Shown here: in pieces, positions 1 through 9,624 of the stretch
Position numbering within the stretch: position 1 is the stretch's first letter
Layout of the letters: each line of letters starts with the position of its first letter
Source of the DNA: a virus
Taxonomy: Duplodnaviria; Caudoviricetes
Strand: one strand, 5' to 3'
Virus record (IMG/VR): IMGVR_UViG_3300017722_001183
Coordinates: 1-28,400 of that record
DNA: 28,400 bases
The notes under the pieces: model-generated
Seen by the model: only the letters and a program-made list of their open reading frames with translations
Databases searched by the model: none
Told to the model about the DNA's origin: nothing
Program-made: the position numbers and the translations under genes

Positions 1-113
1 GCATGATCGGGCAGGGCGATGGCGCGCGTGAATATACGGGCACTGGAGTCAAGGAGTTGTGGGCGCAGTTCATGGCGCACGGCAACCGGCGCTCCCGGTT
101 CGGCACCATCTAA
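1..113 (+). CDS. 3' end of probable head-tail adaptor/head completion protein (partial)
   Basis: Frame open from the window edge: ...MIGQGDGAREYTGTGVKELWAQFMAHGNRRSRFGTI*. Its TAA overlaps the next ATG (TAATG at 111-115), and it lies upstream of the neck and tail genes. Confidence 0.5.
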   Translation, partial: MIGQGDGAREYTGTGVKELWAQFMAHGNRRSRFGTI

Positions 114-505
114 TGCAGATTTCAATCACTTATACGGGGCCACTGGCAACTTCCGGAAGTGCTCCGATGAAGAAGGCCGTCGAGCACTCGATCCGCGAGA
201 TCGTCGAGTTAGGCCATGAGCGCCTTGAGCGAATGCTGGTGCCTCGCCCGACTGGTGTATATCTGGCCGTTCCGCCCGGGCGCTCCAAAGGACACTACCG
301 GCGCAGCATCCACCACCAGATCGGTGACAACAGCGCGGTCATTGACGACTCAAAGGTTGTCTACGGCCCGTGGCTAGAGGCTGGAAACGGTGGCCGGTTC
401 AAGGGCTATGCGTCATTCCGCAAGACCTATCAGTGGATGGAATCCATCACGCCGAAGGTTGTGCAGGCTTGGGTGGGCAAGGCCGTCAAAGAGATGGGCG
501 GCTAA
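113..505 (+). CDS. HK97 gp10-like neck/tail-completion protein
   Basis: Starts MQISITYTGPL. Contains the G-H-Y-R-R-S-I and VVYGPWLEAG...RFKGY..FR motifs typical of gp10-like proteins, in the expected gene position. Confidence 0.65.
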   Translation: MQISITYTGPLATSGSAPMKKAVEHSIREIVELGHERLERMLVPRPTGVYLAVPPGRSKGHYRRSIHHQIGDNSAVIDDSKVVYGPWLEAGNGGRFKGYASFRKTYQWMESITPKVVQAWVGKAVKEMGG

Positions 506-508
506 CTC

Positions 509-964
509 ATGGTGTTCGACCCGTCCACCACCCTGACTTACATCGAGCAGTACGCGAACATGACCGGCTACTTCACCGCCGTGCAGATCGGCGAGCCGAA
601 AGGCCCGATCCAGTTCGACATGGCCGCTTCCATCTTCATGGAGTCAATCAACGTGGTGGCGTCCACGCTGAACAGCCCCATCGAACTGCACACGGTCACG
701 TTCCGCGTGTATCGAAACATGCTGGAGGAGCCAATCGCGGAAGCGGAGACGCAGGTGTCGACGGCTGTCTCGCAGTTCCTAAAATCCGTGTTCGCCAACT
801 TCACGCTCGGCTCGACCACGCGTTGCGTCGATGTGGTCGGACAGTACGGGAGCGGGGTGGGCGCGAAGTGGGGCTACATCGACATCAGCGGGGTCATGCA
901 CCGCGTCTGTGACATCACGCTGCCAATCATTGTGGACGAGGACACGTCCACATTCTCGGCGTAG
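509..964 (+). CDS. probable tail terminator/tail completion protein
   Basis: 151 aa between the neck and tail tube genes. Has GEPK, FTLG..R.VDV.G.YG and R..DITLP motifs like those of actinophage-type tail terminators. Confidence 0.55.
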   Translation: MVFDPSTTLTYIEQYANMTGYFTAVQIGEPKGPIQFDMAASIFMESINVVASTLNSPIELHTVTFRVYRNMLEEPIAEAETQVSTAVSQFLKSVFANFTLGSTTRCVDVVGQYGSGVGAKWGYIDISGVMHRVCDITLPIIVDEDTSTFSA

Positions 965-975
965 GAGGACTCGGA

Positions 976-1191
976 ATGGCTGGCAAGACAACGGCAACTG
1001 CGAAGTATTGGGCGACTACGGGTATCGAGTGTGGCGACTGGCGCGTTGAGGCGGGGAACGAACTGGTCGGATACCCCGAAGTGCTCGACATCGAGGGTCT
1101 GTTAGAGATTGCGGCGATTACGGCGGCATCACCGGTCAAGGCCGAGGAGATTGCCCCGGTTATCGAGAAGGCGGAGGTGACTCATGGCTAA
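976..1191 (+). CDS. small hypothetical virion-module protein
   Basis: Strong RBS AGGAGG at 964-969. 71 aa, overlaps the next start. Confidence 0.6.
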   Translation: MAGKTTATAKYWATTGIECGDWRVEAGNELVGYPEVLDIEGLLEIAAITAASPVKAEEIAPVIEKAEVTHG

Positions 1192-1906
1192 GGTAAGCGG
1201 TCTCGGCGTCCGGCTGTACGCGGCTGGGTATGACTTGAGCGGCGATGTGAACGTGGTGGACGCCATCGGGTACACGCAAGAGATGCTCGACGTTACGACG
1301 CTCGACCTTGAGGCCACGTCGCGCCTTGCTGGGCTATCGGATGCCTCGCTCACGGTCAACGGCTGGTTCGAGGCTTTGAGCGACCACACCGCCTACACCA
1401 GCAACACCGGCAAGATGCCGACCGCCGATCAGGTCGTGTTCACCCAGATGGGCACGGCGCTCGGCGACCCGTTCGCTGGGTTGACGGCGAAAGAGGCGAC
1501 CTACGTCGTCACGCGCGCGAGCGGTTCCGCGCTCGCAACAACCGCAACCTACAGCAGCACGGCGGGCCAGCAGTCCGAGTGGGGCGTCACGCTGACGGCG
1601 AGCAAGACCACAAACGCATCTGCGGCGAGCGGTACTGGCGTCGACAACGCGGCCAGCAGCGCGAACGGGTGCGTGGCGTACCTCGAGGCGATGAGCCTGA
1701 CATCTGGCACCTGCGTGGTCAAGGTGCAGCACTCAACGGACAACTCGACGTGGGCTGACCTGATCACGTTTACCAGCGTGACCACGGCGAACGTACCGTT
1801 CGCTCAACGCTCGACGGCGAGCGGCACCATCAACCGTTATCTGAGGGTCAATACCTCGGGGACGTTCTCGACAATCGTGTTCGTGGCGGGCGTCGCTCGT
1901 CTGTAG
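1184..1906 (+). CDS. tail tube-like protein with extra C-terminal beta-sandwich domain
   Basis: RBS GGAGG. The N-terminus (MAKVSGLG, DLSGDV, LDVTTLD, RLAGL.DASL.V.GWF) parallels the next gene. C-terminal VKVQHSTDNSTWADL...RYLRV domain. Confidence 0.6.
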   Translation: MAKVSGLGVRLYAAGYDLSGDVNVVDAIGYTQEMLDVTTLDLEATSRLAGLSDASLTVNGWFEALSDHTAYTSNTGKMPTADQVVFTQMGTALGDPFAGLTAKEATYVVTRASGSALATTATYSSTAGQQSEWGVTLTASKTTNASAASGTGVDNAASSANGCVAYLEAMSLTSGTCVVKVQHSTDNSTWADLITFTSVTTANVPFAQRSTASGTINRYLRVNTSGTFSTIVFVAGVARL

Positions 1907-1926
1907 TTCCCTGAAAGGGGTGCATT

Positions 1927-2346
1927 GTGGCAAAGCAGACCGGTCTGGGTGACTACTTCGCCTGTGACAATAGTGCTGGGTCGCTCAAGGACATCAGTAA
2001 TGATGTCACTGGCCTCGGCGTGAATATCGGGCAGAACCTTTTTGACATCACCGGCCTCGACAAGTCGGCGATGGAGCGGCTTATCGGCCTCGGTGACGGA
2101 TCGTTCGCCGTTTCTGGCGTGTTCAACCCCACGGCGAACCAGTCTCACGACGTGTTCAAGACGCGCACCGGGACGCGCACGGTGGACTACAAGATCGGCG
2201 GCAACACGCAGGGTAACCCGTACCTGACGATGGAGTGCCTCGTCGACTCGTACAACCTGACGCGCGGCTCGGACGGCTCGCTGACGTGGTCGGCTGGCCT
2301 GCAACTGCAGAGCGGCACGACGCCGACGTGGTCAACCGTTCCGTAG
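1927..2346 (+). CDS. major tail tube protein
   Basis: GTG start. Motifs DISNDV, DITGLDKSAMERLIGL.DGS, Y.LTR..DG.LTW and C-terminal PTW. Directly upstream of the chaperones and tape measure. Confidence 0.75.
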   Translation: MAKQTGLGDYFACDNSAGSLKDISNDVTGLGVNIGQNLFDITGLDKSAMERLIGLGDGSFAVSGVFNPTANQSHDVFKTRTGTRTVDYKIGGNTQGNPYLTMECLVDSYNLTRGSDGSLTWSAGLQLQSGTTPTWSTVP

Positions 2347-2347
2347 C

Positions 2348-2370
2348 GCGGAGTGCTGGCCGCACTTTGC
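2348..2370 (+). terminator. stem-loop after tail tube gene (weak terminator or mRNA stabiliser)
   Basis: GCGGAGTGC/GCACTTTGC 9-bp stem (2 G-U pairs) with a 5-nt loop. No U-tract follows. Confidence 0.35.
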
Positions 2371-2395
2371 ATGTGAATAGTTGAGGGGGGTTTAG

Positions 2396-2716
2396 ATGGC
2401 TTACAAGGTTGAGAAGAAGTTTCTCAAACTGGTGCTGGACGACTGCGATGGGGCTGAGGTCATGTGCCGTATGAGTATCTCGTTGGGGGAGATGCTCGCG
2501 TTGCGTGACCTCAGCAACTCGGAGGACGGCGTGCGCGACGCATACGCCAAGTTCGCCGCTGATGTGCTTGTGTCGTGGGACATCGAGGATGATGACGGCC
2601 CAGTACCGCCAACAGCCGATGGCTTCATGCGCCTTCCTTCGGGCATTGCTTCGTCAATCATGGCGGCATGGGGCGAGCAGTTGACGGCAGTCCCTACGAA
2701 GTCCGCCACCGCATAG
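2396..2716 (+). CDS. tail assembly chaperone (gpG-like)
   Basis: 106 aa between tail tube and tape measure, with LVSWDIEDDDG.PVP motif. Confidence 0.75.
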   Translation: MAYKVEKKFLKLVLDDCDGAEVMCRMSISLGEMLALRDLSNSEDGVRDAYAKFAADVLVSWDIEDDDGPVPPTADGFMRLPSGIASSIMAAWGEQLTAVPTKSATA

Positions 2717-2913
2717 AGCGGTGGCGGCATGTCGGTGGTGGTACGGATGCAGATGGATCAGTAATCGAGAAACCGCACGAGTTGGCGTGGGCTGAAATGA
2801 TCGACAACCTGTGTCAGAGGTACAGCGCGCTTCCTTCCGCCGTGCTTGCGGAGGATGTCGAGATGCTACGCATACTGGCGCTTGTATCAGAGGGTGGTGG
2901 CAGTAATGGCTGA
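2692..2913 (+). CDS. tail assembly chaperone extension (gpT-like), probably reached by -1 frameshift
   Basis: Overlapping -1 frame ORF with no good start, carrying LCQRYSALPSAVLAEDVEMLRIL. Candidate shift site at GTC CCT ACG (2690-2698). Confidence 0.6.
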   Translation, partial: PYEVRHRIERWRHVGGGTDADGSVIEKPHELAWAEMIDNLCQRYSALPSAVLAEDVEMLRILALVSEGGGSNG

Positions 2914-5689
2914 CAACACCGTCACGATTCATATCGACGCCAAAACCGACGATGCCAAGAAAGGTATCGACGGGGTAAACACCTCTATCGGCAGGATGGG
3001 GCCAGAGTCGCAAAATGCGACTTCGCATGTTAGTAGTCTTGGCGACACGCTCAAGAGCGTCGGAAGTATTGCTACTGGTTTTATAGCCGCAACCGCGATT
3101 CAGTCCGCAGTAACCGGTATTACCACTTTTGCAACTGGAACAGTCAAGGCTGCAGTCGATCTCGGCGAATCGCTCAATGCGGTAAATGTTATTTTCAGGG
3201 AATCGGCGCAACAAATTCTTGATTGGGGCGCAAACAACGCTACTCAGTTCGGGTTGTCCCAACGAGCGTTCAACGCTCTGGCGACCCCGCTGGGCGCGCT
3301 GCTGAAAAATAGCGGCATGGGCCTTGATGATGTTGCCAAAAACACAATCAATCTCACCAAGCGCGCTGCAGATATGGCATCGGTGTTCAATACCGAGGTT
3401 GCGGACGCGCTGAACGCTATCAACAGCGGACTGCGTGGCGAGGGCAACCCGCTGGAGCGGTACGGCGTTGGGCTGAAGGCAGCAACGGTTGAGGCTCGTG
3501 CTTTGGCGGATAGCGGCAAGGGGGTGGCGAAGGAACTTACGGATCAGGAGTTGGCTTTAGCCCGCCTAAGTATCATTTTCGAGCAGACCGCCGATACGGA
3601 AGGTGACTTTGCAAACACGAGCAAAGACCTTGCCAACGCGCAGCGTATTGCTAACGCCGAAATGGAGAAGTTGCAGGCGACAGTCGGCGCAAAATTGCTG
3701 CCGGTCATGCTTGAGTTGCAGAAGGTAAAACTCGCCGTAGCGTCGGCAGTTGTTGACAAACTGCTACCGGCGCTCGACCACCTTCAACCTGTGCTAAACC
3801 TGATCAAGGATTCCGTGGTGCAGGCCGCGAAGCCGTTTATCGACGCCCTATTGCCCGCCATCAAGAAGGTTGTCGACTTCATCAAGGATGACTTCGCCGG
3901 GATCGGGCGCGAGTTTACGATTGCTGAGGTGGTGAGGGGCAAGATTGTCCCCGCGTTCAAGGACATGTACGAGATCATCAAAGATGTCTTGAACTTCTTG
4001 AAGCCTCTAGCCGACTTCGAGATGGCGCACTTGCAGGGGCAAATCGAGGCGATACGGGGGGCATTTGAGGTCGCTGGAACAGCGATCAAGAATGTGACCG
4101 GATTCCTACGCGAGCATCAAACGATTGTCGCTGCTGTCGTCGCTGCCTATGTCGCGTACAAAGCGGTACTGATAGGTGGGGCGATTTACACAGCCGTTGC
4201 CACCGGTATTGGAATTATGACAGTGGCAATGACGACCGGGTTGATTCCAGCACTCATCGCATTGGCAGCGAATGAGGGAATCCTTACGGCAGCGCAGGTC
4301 GCATTGAACATCGCAATGTCGGCCAACCCTATCGGCTTGATCGCAATCGCGATTGCCGCGCTGGTTGCCGTGGGTGTCCTGCTGTATCTCAACTTTGACA
4401 AGATCACCGCAGCGGCTGGATACCTGTTCGATCGCATCAAGGAGGCTGGTTCCGGCATCAGCGACGCATGGAACTCGATGGTCGGGTTCGTCACCGACAA
4501 GGCGACCGCGCTGTTGGACAAAATCAAGGGCGTGGGCACCGGCATTTACGACGCCGTTGTTGGTGCGTTTACCTCGATGGTTGAGTTTGTAAAGACATAC
4601 TGGCCGGAGATTATTTCACTCATTCTCCTGCCCTTCTTCCCGATTGTCGCGCTTGCCACCGACGCATTCGGTATTCGCACGGCGCTGGGAATGGCATGGG
4701 ACTGGATTCGCGAAAAGACCAGTCAGTTCATCAACTCGATCATCGAGTTTTTCCAGTACCTGTATGACCATTCATACCTTGTGTCGAACACTGTCGACGC
4801 AATCGTCAAATACTTCACGGATATGCGCGACTTGGTGCTCGGTATCTGGAATGCCGTAACCGGCGCAATCGAGGCCGCGTGGAAGTTCATCTACGACGTT
4901 TCTAGCGCGATAGTCAAAGCGGTTGTCGACTATGCAGTCGATTACTGGGAAATGCTAAAGGCGCGCACCACCGCAGTTTGGGACGCCATCACCGGCGCAA
5001 TCGAGGCCGCGTGGGATTACATCTACGACATCGTGTCTTCCGTGGCACAGAAGGTTGTCGACTTTCTGTCTGGTGTGTGGGATGCGGTCACCGCTGCAGT
5101 ATCAACTTGCTGGGAACTCGTGAAGCAGATTGTCGGCGACGCGATGTCGGCTGTCTGGGACTATGTCAGAGACCGGCTCAATGACGTTGTCGACCGATTC
5201 AAGTCACTGGGCGGAATGATTCTTAGCGCGCTCGGCGATGTCGGATCGCTGCTTTACGGTGCCGGTCGCTCCATTGTGATGGGGCTTTGGAATGGCATCA
5301 TGTCCATGTGGGAAAGCGTAGTGAATGTGTTGAGGCGACTAAAGGACGCGGCTATTGCAGCCGCACTGGGCGCAGTCGGTTACCACGACGATTCCCGGCC
5401 TTCGCCCGGAGGATCGGAGACTCCCACCGGAATGGCCTCGGGTGGCGTGGTGAAGGCGACTCCCGGAGGCATCTTGGCTCGGCTCGGTGAGGGCGGACAA
5501 GATGAGGCCGTGATCCCGCTTGGCCGAGGAGCGGGGTCGTTGGGGAGCACCACGATCAACAACTACTCCATCACGTTGAGCGGAGTCATTACCGACCCGG
5601 TCGCGACCGGGCAGGCGGTTGCGGACGCGCTCAACCGCGCAAGCATTATCACCGGGCCGCTGGTGCTGTCGAGCGCGGTGCGAACCTAA
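2906..5689 (+). CDS. tape measure protein
   Basis: About 927 aa, Ala-rich helical. Has ANPIGLIAIAIAAL, periodic W/F repeats and C-terminal MASGGVV...LGEGGQDEAVIPL. Start placed at MADNTVTIHIDAK. Confidence 0.92.
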   Translation: MADNTVTIHIDAKTDDAKKGIDGVNTSIGRMGPESQNATSHVSSLGDTLKSVGSIATGFIAATAIQSAVTGITTFATGTVKAAVDLGESLNAVNVIFRESAQQILDWGANNATQFGLSQRAFNALATPLGALLKNSGMGLDDVAKNTINLTKRAADMASVFNTEVADALNAINSGLRGEGNPLERYGVGLKAATVEARALADSGKGVAKELTDQELALARLSIIFEQTADTEGDFANTSKDLANAQRIANAEMEKLQATVGAKLLPVMLELQKVKLAVASAVVDKLLPALDHLQPVLNLIKDSVVQAAKPFIDALLPAIKKVVDFIKDDFAGIGREFTIAEVVRGKIVPAFKDMYEIIKDVLNFLKPLADFEMAHLQGQIEAIRGAFEVAGTAIKNVTGFLREHQTIVAAVVAAYVAYKAVLIGGAIYTAVATGIGIMTVAMTTGLIPALIALAANEGILTAAQVALNIAMSANPIGLIAIAIAALVAVGVLLYLNFDKITAAAGYLFDRIKEAGSGISDAWNSMVGFVTDKATALLDKIKGVGTGIYDAVVGAFTSMVEFVKTYWPEIISLILLPFFPIVALATDAFGIRTALGMAWDWIREKTSQFINSIIEFFQYLYDHSYLVSNTVDAIVKYFTDMRDLVLGIWNAVTGAIEAAWKFIYDVSSAIVKAVVDYAVDYWEMLKARTTAVWDAITGAIEAAWDYIYDIVSSVAQKVVDFLSGVWDAVTAAVSTCWELVKQIVGDAMSAVWDYVRDRLNDVVDRFKSLGGMILSALGDVGSLLYGAGRSIVMGLWNGIMSMWESVVNVLRRLKDAAIAAALGAVGYHDDSRPSPGGSETPTGMASGGVVKATPGGILARLGEGGQDEAVIPLGRGAGSLGSTTINNYSITLSGVITDPVATGQAVADALNRASIITGPLVLSSAVRT

Positions 5690-6924
5690 TGGCCGTCGCG
5701 CTCCCCACTCTGAATGTCGGGATTCGGTTCGTGGGTGGAGCGGACAACGACGGCTGGGTGCTTGGAACGTCGGCCCTGCCGGTAACGCTGGGGGAGCCTG
5801 ACGACCCTTCGGTATACGAGGACGTCTATACCGACCTTCGCGCATTCAACATGACCCGTGGTCGCAGCCGCGAACTGGAGCAGTATCAGGCTGGCAGCGG
5901 CACGGTTGTACTTGATGACCGCGCTCGGGTGTACGACCCGCTCAATCTCTCTGGCCCGCACGTCGCCAATGGCGTGACTCAGATTCAGCCGGGTAGACGC
6001 ATCAGGGTGACGGCCACGCACCCGACCACGAGCATTGTGTATGACCTGTTTTATGGCGTAATCCGCGAGTGGGTGCTCAACAGCGACGGGTTTGATGCGA
6101 CTTCAGTGGCGCAGTTCAGTGACCCAATGACCGACCTCGGCAGGACAAAGGTCAGCGTGGTCACCAGCGCGGCGGCATCAGGCACGGCAGCCATCGAGGT
6201 ATTTAGCGCGGCGAATATCTCTCGGTATGACGCCGACGCCGGGATTGCCACGCTGCAAGCCACTACGTTCAGCAACGCAACCGCGCTAACCGCCCTTCAG
6301 AACATCGCCCTAAGCGAGCAGGGAGCGGTCTACGCTGACTCGGCTGGATACATCCAGTATGACGACCGTCACGCCATCCTGACTGAGTCGCGCTCGAACA
6401 CCAGCCAATGCACGTTCGGCACGGGCAACCTGCCGATCACGTCCATCGTGCTTGATTACTCAAGCGACCTCATCAAGAACAGCGTTACCGCTACCCGCAC
6501 GGGTGGAGTGGCGCAAACCAGCACCGACGCAACCAGCATCACGACATATGGCGAGAGGACATATGTGCTGTCGGACATGATGCTTGCAGACGACACGCAA
6601 ACCGCTGCGACCGCTGGCTTCATTGTCACTGGGTACAAAGACCCCGCCGTGCGAGTGCGCGAAATTACCGTTGCCCCGCAAGAGCACGCCGACCTGATGA
6701 CTGCCGTGCTCGCCCGTGAATTGAGAGACCGCGTAACGGTGACGTTTCAGCCACCGGGGGGCGGAAGCCCTATTTCTCAGCAGTTGTTTGTCGAGGGCAT
6801 TCAACACAGCATCACGCCACAGGGCCAGATGAGCACGAAGTTTATCTTCAGCAGCACGTCGACCGCATTCGGCTGGGTGCTTGGCACCAGTGAACTCGGC
6901 ACCGGGACTATACTGGCCTTCTAG
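5689..6924 (+). CDS. minor tail/baseplate hub protein
   Basis: Follows the tape measure. Motifs RGR.RELEQYQAG...LDDR.R..DP and SI..YG.R. GWVLGTS occurs at both termini. Confidence 0.7.
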   Translation: MAVALPTLNVGIRFVGGADNDGWVLGTSALPVTLGEPDDPSVYEDVYTDLRAFNMTRGRSRELEQYQAGSGTVVLDDRARVYDPLNLSGPHVANGVTQIQPGRRIRVTATHPTTSIVYDLFYGVIREWVLNSDGFDATSVAQFSDPMTDLGRTKVSVVTSAAASGTAAIEVFSAANISRYDADAGIATLQATTFSNATALTALQNIALSEQGAVYADSAGYIQYDDRHAILTESRSNTSQCTFGTGNLPITSIVLDYSSDLIKNSVTATRTGGVAQTSTDATSITTYGERTYVLSDMMLADDTQTAATAGFIVTGYKDPAVRVREITVAPQEHADLMTAVLARELRDRVTVTFQPPGGGSPISQQLFVEGIQHSITPQGQMSTKFIFSSTSTAFGWVLGTSELGTGTILAF

Positions 6925-6935
6925 GGAGACTGAAC

Positions 6936-9617
6936 ATGGCATGGACTACGCCAAGCGACCGCGTTACCAGCGACATCATTACTGCCGTCCAGTGGAACTC
7001 CTTTCTCGGGACGAGCGGGGACATGAGCCTCACGGCGACCGGCATCGTCACGACTCAGGGTGACACGGTGTACGCGACGGCGGCGAACACGCTCGCTCGT
7101 CTCGCTAAAGGCACGGCATACCAAACGCTGGGCATGAACGCGGGGGCGACGGCTCCATCGTGGCAGGCCAGCCCGACGTCGGCGCTCACTACGCAAGGCG
7201 ATGTTTTGTATGCCTCGGCTGCTAACGTGCTTGCGCGGCTTGGGATCGGCACCGCATATCAGATGCTTGGAACGAACGCCGGGGCCACGGCTCCCTCGTG
7301 GCAGGCCAGCCCGACGTCTGTTTTGACTACTACTGGCGACGTTTTGTACGCCAGTGGAGCAAACACACTGGCTCGGCTTGGTATCGGCACCACCAGTCAG
7401 GTGCTAACGGTGACCGCAGGGATTCCGTCATGGACGACGATAGCCACTACGGGCAGCACCGTGCCCACGACTACGACCGGGCAGATTCTGTTCGCGAGCG
7501 CGACGAACGTGCTGTCCGCGCTCGCGGTCGGCACCGCATATCAGATGCTTGCCATGAACAGCGGCGCGACCTTGCCGACATGGCAAGCCAGTTCGACCTC
7601 GGTGCTAACGACGATTGGCGACATCCTGTATGCCAGCGCCGCGAACACGCTTGCGCGGCTTGGCGTCGGTTCCGCTTACCAGACGCTGGCGGTCAACAGC
7701 GCCGGTACGTTGCCGACGTACCAAGCAAGTCCGAACTCGGTACTGACGACTACCGGCGACGTGCTGTATGCGTCGGGCGCGAACACGCTCGCGCGTCTCG
7801 GCATCGGCTCGTCGGCGCAGGTGCTGACCGTCACTGGCGGAGTCCCGGTGTGGTCGACTGCAGCCGTCGCGGCTGTTGATATTCAGAACTTCACCGGGTC
7901 TGGGACGTGGACTAAGCCTGCGGGGGTGACGGCCAACAGCGTGGCGTTGGTTCAAGTGTACGCCGGTGGGGGCGGTGGTGCGTCGGGACGCAACGACAAG
8001 GACGCCGTTGCTTCCGGTGCTGGCGGTGGTGGTGGCGGAGCATACGTTTTTCAAGAGTTCCTCATATCCGATCTAAGCGCAACAGAGACAGTCACCATCG
8101 GTGCAGGTGGAGCAGGTGCTAGCGGAGTGTCGGCCAACACCAGCGGGTCAAACGGCACAGTTGGTGGCAATACGACTTTTGGTTCTAAAGCAATCTCTTA
8201 CGGCGGTGCTGGTGGAGGTGGTGGTGACACTGCCGTATCTGTCGGTGGTGGTGGTGGTGGAGCGCAAGCAGCAGGTGGAACAACCCCTAGCCGCAGGTTC
8301 GGCGGTGCCCCGGCTATTTCCGTAACGCTCGCCGCTACCACGGGGGCGGCGACCGCTGGAGATGCACACACCCACCCCATTGATCAGGCGACCACGAACA
8401 TCACCAACGGCGATGGTGGTGGTGGAGGCGGTTCTGGAGCAGCAGGACAGAGCGCCAGTAATGGTGGTGCGGGCGGAGGCGGTAGTGCAACGAACGCGAC
8501 CGGGAGCGCGGGCGGTGACAGCAAGTTCAGTGGCGGAGCGGGTGGCGCTGGTGGCGGAACTGGCTCTGGCTTAGCCACCCTCTGGGCGAACTACAAGGCT
8601 GGCGGAGCGGGAGGTGCTGCTAACCGAACTGCTGGGGGTGCGGCGGGCGTGCTGATGACCGGTGCATGGCTTGCGACCATCGGCACAGCAGGCACCTCGG
8701 GCGCGACAACATTCGCCGGAGGCACCGGTGGTGGCGGCGGTGGTTCAGGCTACAACAGCACACAGATGCCCATCTTTTACACTGGATCACTACAGGCGAT
8801 CACCGTCCCTACCGGTGCTACATCGGCTGTCATCGACATCTATGGCGCGCAGGGAGGTCAGAGCGGTGCAAACGGTGCGCGTGTTCAGACGACACTCGGA
8901 AGCCTGACTCCGGGCGACACCCTGAATGTCTACGTCGGCGGAATGCCGACGACAGGCGCTGGATTCAACGGCGGTGCAGCAGGCGGGGGAAGTACTGCTG
9001 GTGGAGGTGGTGGTGCTACTGATATCCGCAAGAATGGCACAGGTCTATCAGACCGCGTTGTCATCTCTGGTGGTGGCGGTGGAACCGCTGTAGGAGGGAC
9101 TGCAGGCGGTGCTGGTGGACAGACTGGCTCTGCTGGCACCAATGGTGCCGGTGACCGCACCGGTGGTGGTGGCGGCACAGGCTCGGCTGGCGGTGCAGGG
9201 GGTACCAGCGCCTATGGCAACGGTACAGCAGGTACCAGTGGCTCCGGTGGAGCGGGTTCGGCGGGCAGCAGTAGCATCGCTGGCGGTGGTGGTGGTGGTG
9301 GTTACTACGGCGGTGGTGGTGGTTCTGGTGGTTTTGCAGACGAAGATGGCACCTACTACGGTGGTGGAGGTGGTGGTGGTTCGTCCCTCGCTGGCACGAA
9401 CACATCAAGCACGACGTTTAGTTCGGGATCTCGCGCTGGCAACGGAATCTGCTACATCACGTTCAACACAACCCAGACAGACATCCTCAAGGGTGGAGCG
9501 GGTGGTAGTAAGGGCGGCGGCGGCGGCGGTGGTGGGACAGCGAACGGGGAAACTGGTTTGTCTGGTGCAGGTGGTACCGGTGGCGATGGCTTCATGCGCG
9601 TGATCACGATTACTTAG
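6936..9617 (+). CDS. tail fibre / receptor-binding protein with 46-aa repeats and glycine-rich domains
   Basis: MAWTTP N-terminus, six TTxGDxLYA..ANTLARL repeats and a long Gly-rich C-terminal half. Confidence 0.75.
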   Translation: MAWTTPSDRVTSDIITAVQWNSFLGTSGDMSLTATGIVTTQGDTVYATAANTLARLAKGTAYQTLGMNAGATAPSWQASPTSALTTQGDVLYASAANVLARLGIGTAYQMLGTNAGATAPSWQASPTSVLTTTGDVLYASGANTLARLGIGTTSQVLTVTAGIPSWTTIATTGSTVPTTTTGQILFASATNVLSALAVGTAYQMLAMNSGATLPTWQASSTSVLTTIGDILYASAANTLARLGVGSAYQTLAVNSAGTLPTYQASPNSVLTTTGDVLYASGANTLARLGIGSSAQVLTVTGGVPVWSTAAVAAVDIQNFTGSGTWTKPAGVTANSVALVQVYAGGGGGASGRNDKDAVASGAGGGGGGAYVFQEFLISDLSATETVTIGAGGAGASGVSANTSGSNGTVGGNTTFGSKAISYGGAGGGGGDTAVSVGGGGGGAQAAGGTTPSRRFGGAPAISVTLAATTGAATAGDAHTHPIDQATTNITNGDGGGGGGSGAAGQSASNGGAGGGGSATNATGSAGGDSKFSGGAGGAGGGTGSGLATLWANYKAGGAGGAANRTAGGAAGVLMTGAWLATIGTAGTSGATTFAGGTGGGGGGSGYNSTQMPIFYTGSLQAITVPTGATSAVIDIYGAQGGQSGANGARVQTTLGSLTPGDTLNVYVGGMPTTGAGFNGGAAGGGSTAGGGGGATDIRKNGTGLSDRVVISGGGGGTAVGGTAGGAGGQTGSAGTNGAGDRTGGGGGTGSAGGAGGTSAYGNGTAGTSGSGGAGSAGSSSIAGGGGGGGYYGGGGGSGGFADEDGTYYGGGGGGGSSLAGTNTSSTTFSSGSRAGNGICYITFNTTQTDILKGGAGGSKGGGGGGGGTANGETGLSGAGGTGGDGFMRVITIT
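7050..7855 (+). repeat. six ~46-aa coding repeats in the fibre, arranged as (A-A-B)x2
   Basis: Units 1, 2, 4 and 5 end with AYQxL.xN...T.P.(W/Y)QAS. Units 3 and 6 end with QVLTVT.G.P.W. Confidence 0.85.
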
Positions 9618-9624
9618 GGGCACC

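Noticed and set aside
4860-5060. Direct repeat ACCGGCGCAATCGAGGCCGCGTGG in the tape measure gene
   Set aside because: This is an ordinary internal 44-aa duplication of tape-measure repeats.
6936-9617. Diversity-generating retroelement acting on the fibre
   Set aside because: No reverse transcriptase and no TR/VR pair differing at adenines was seen.
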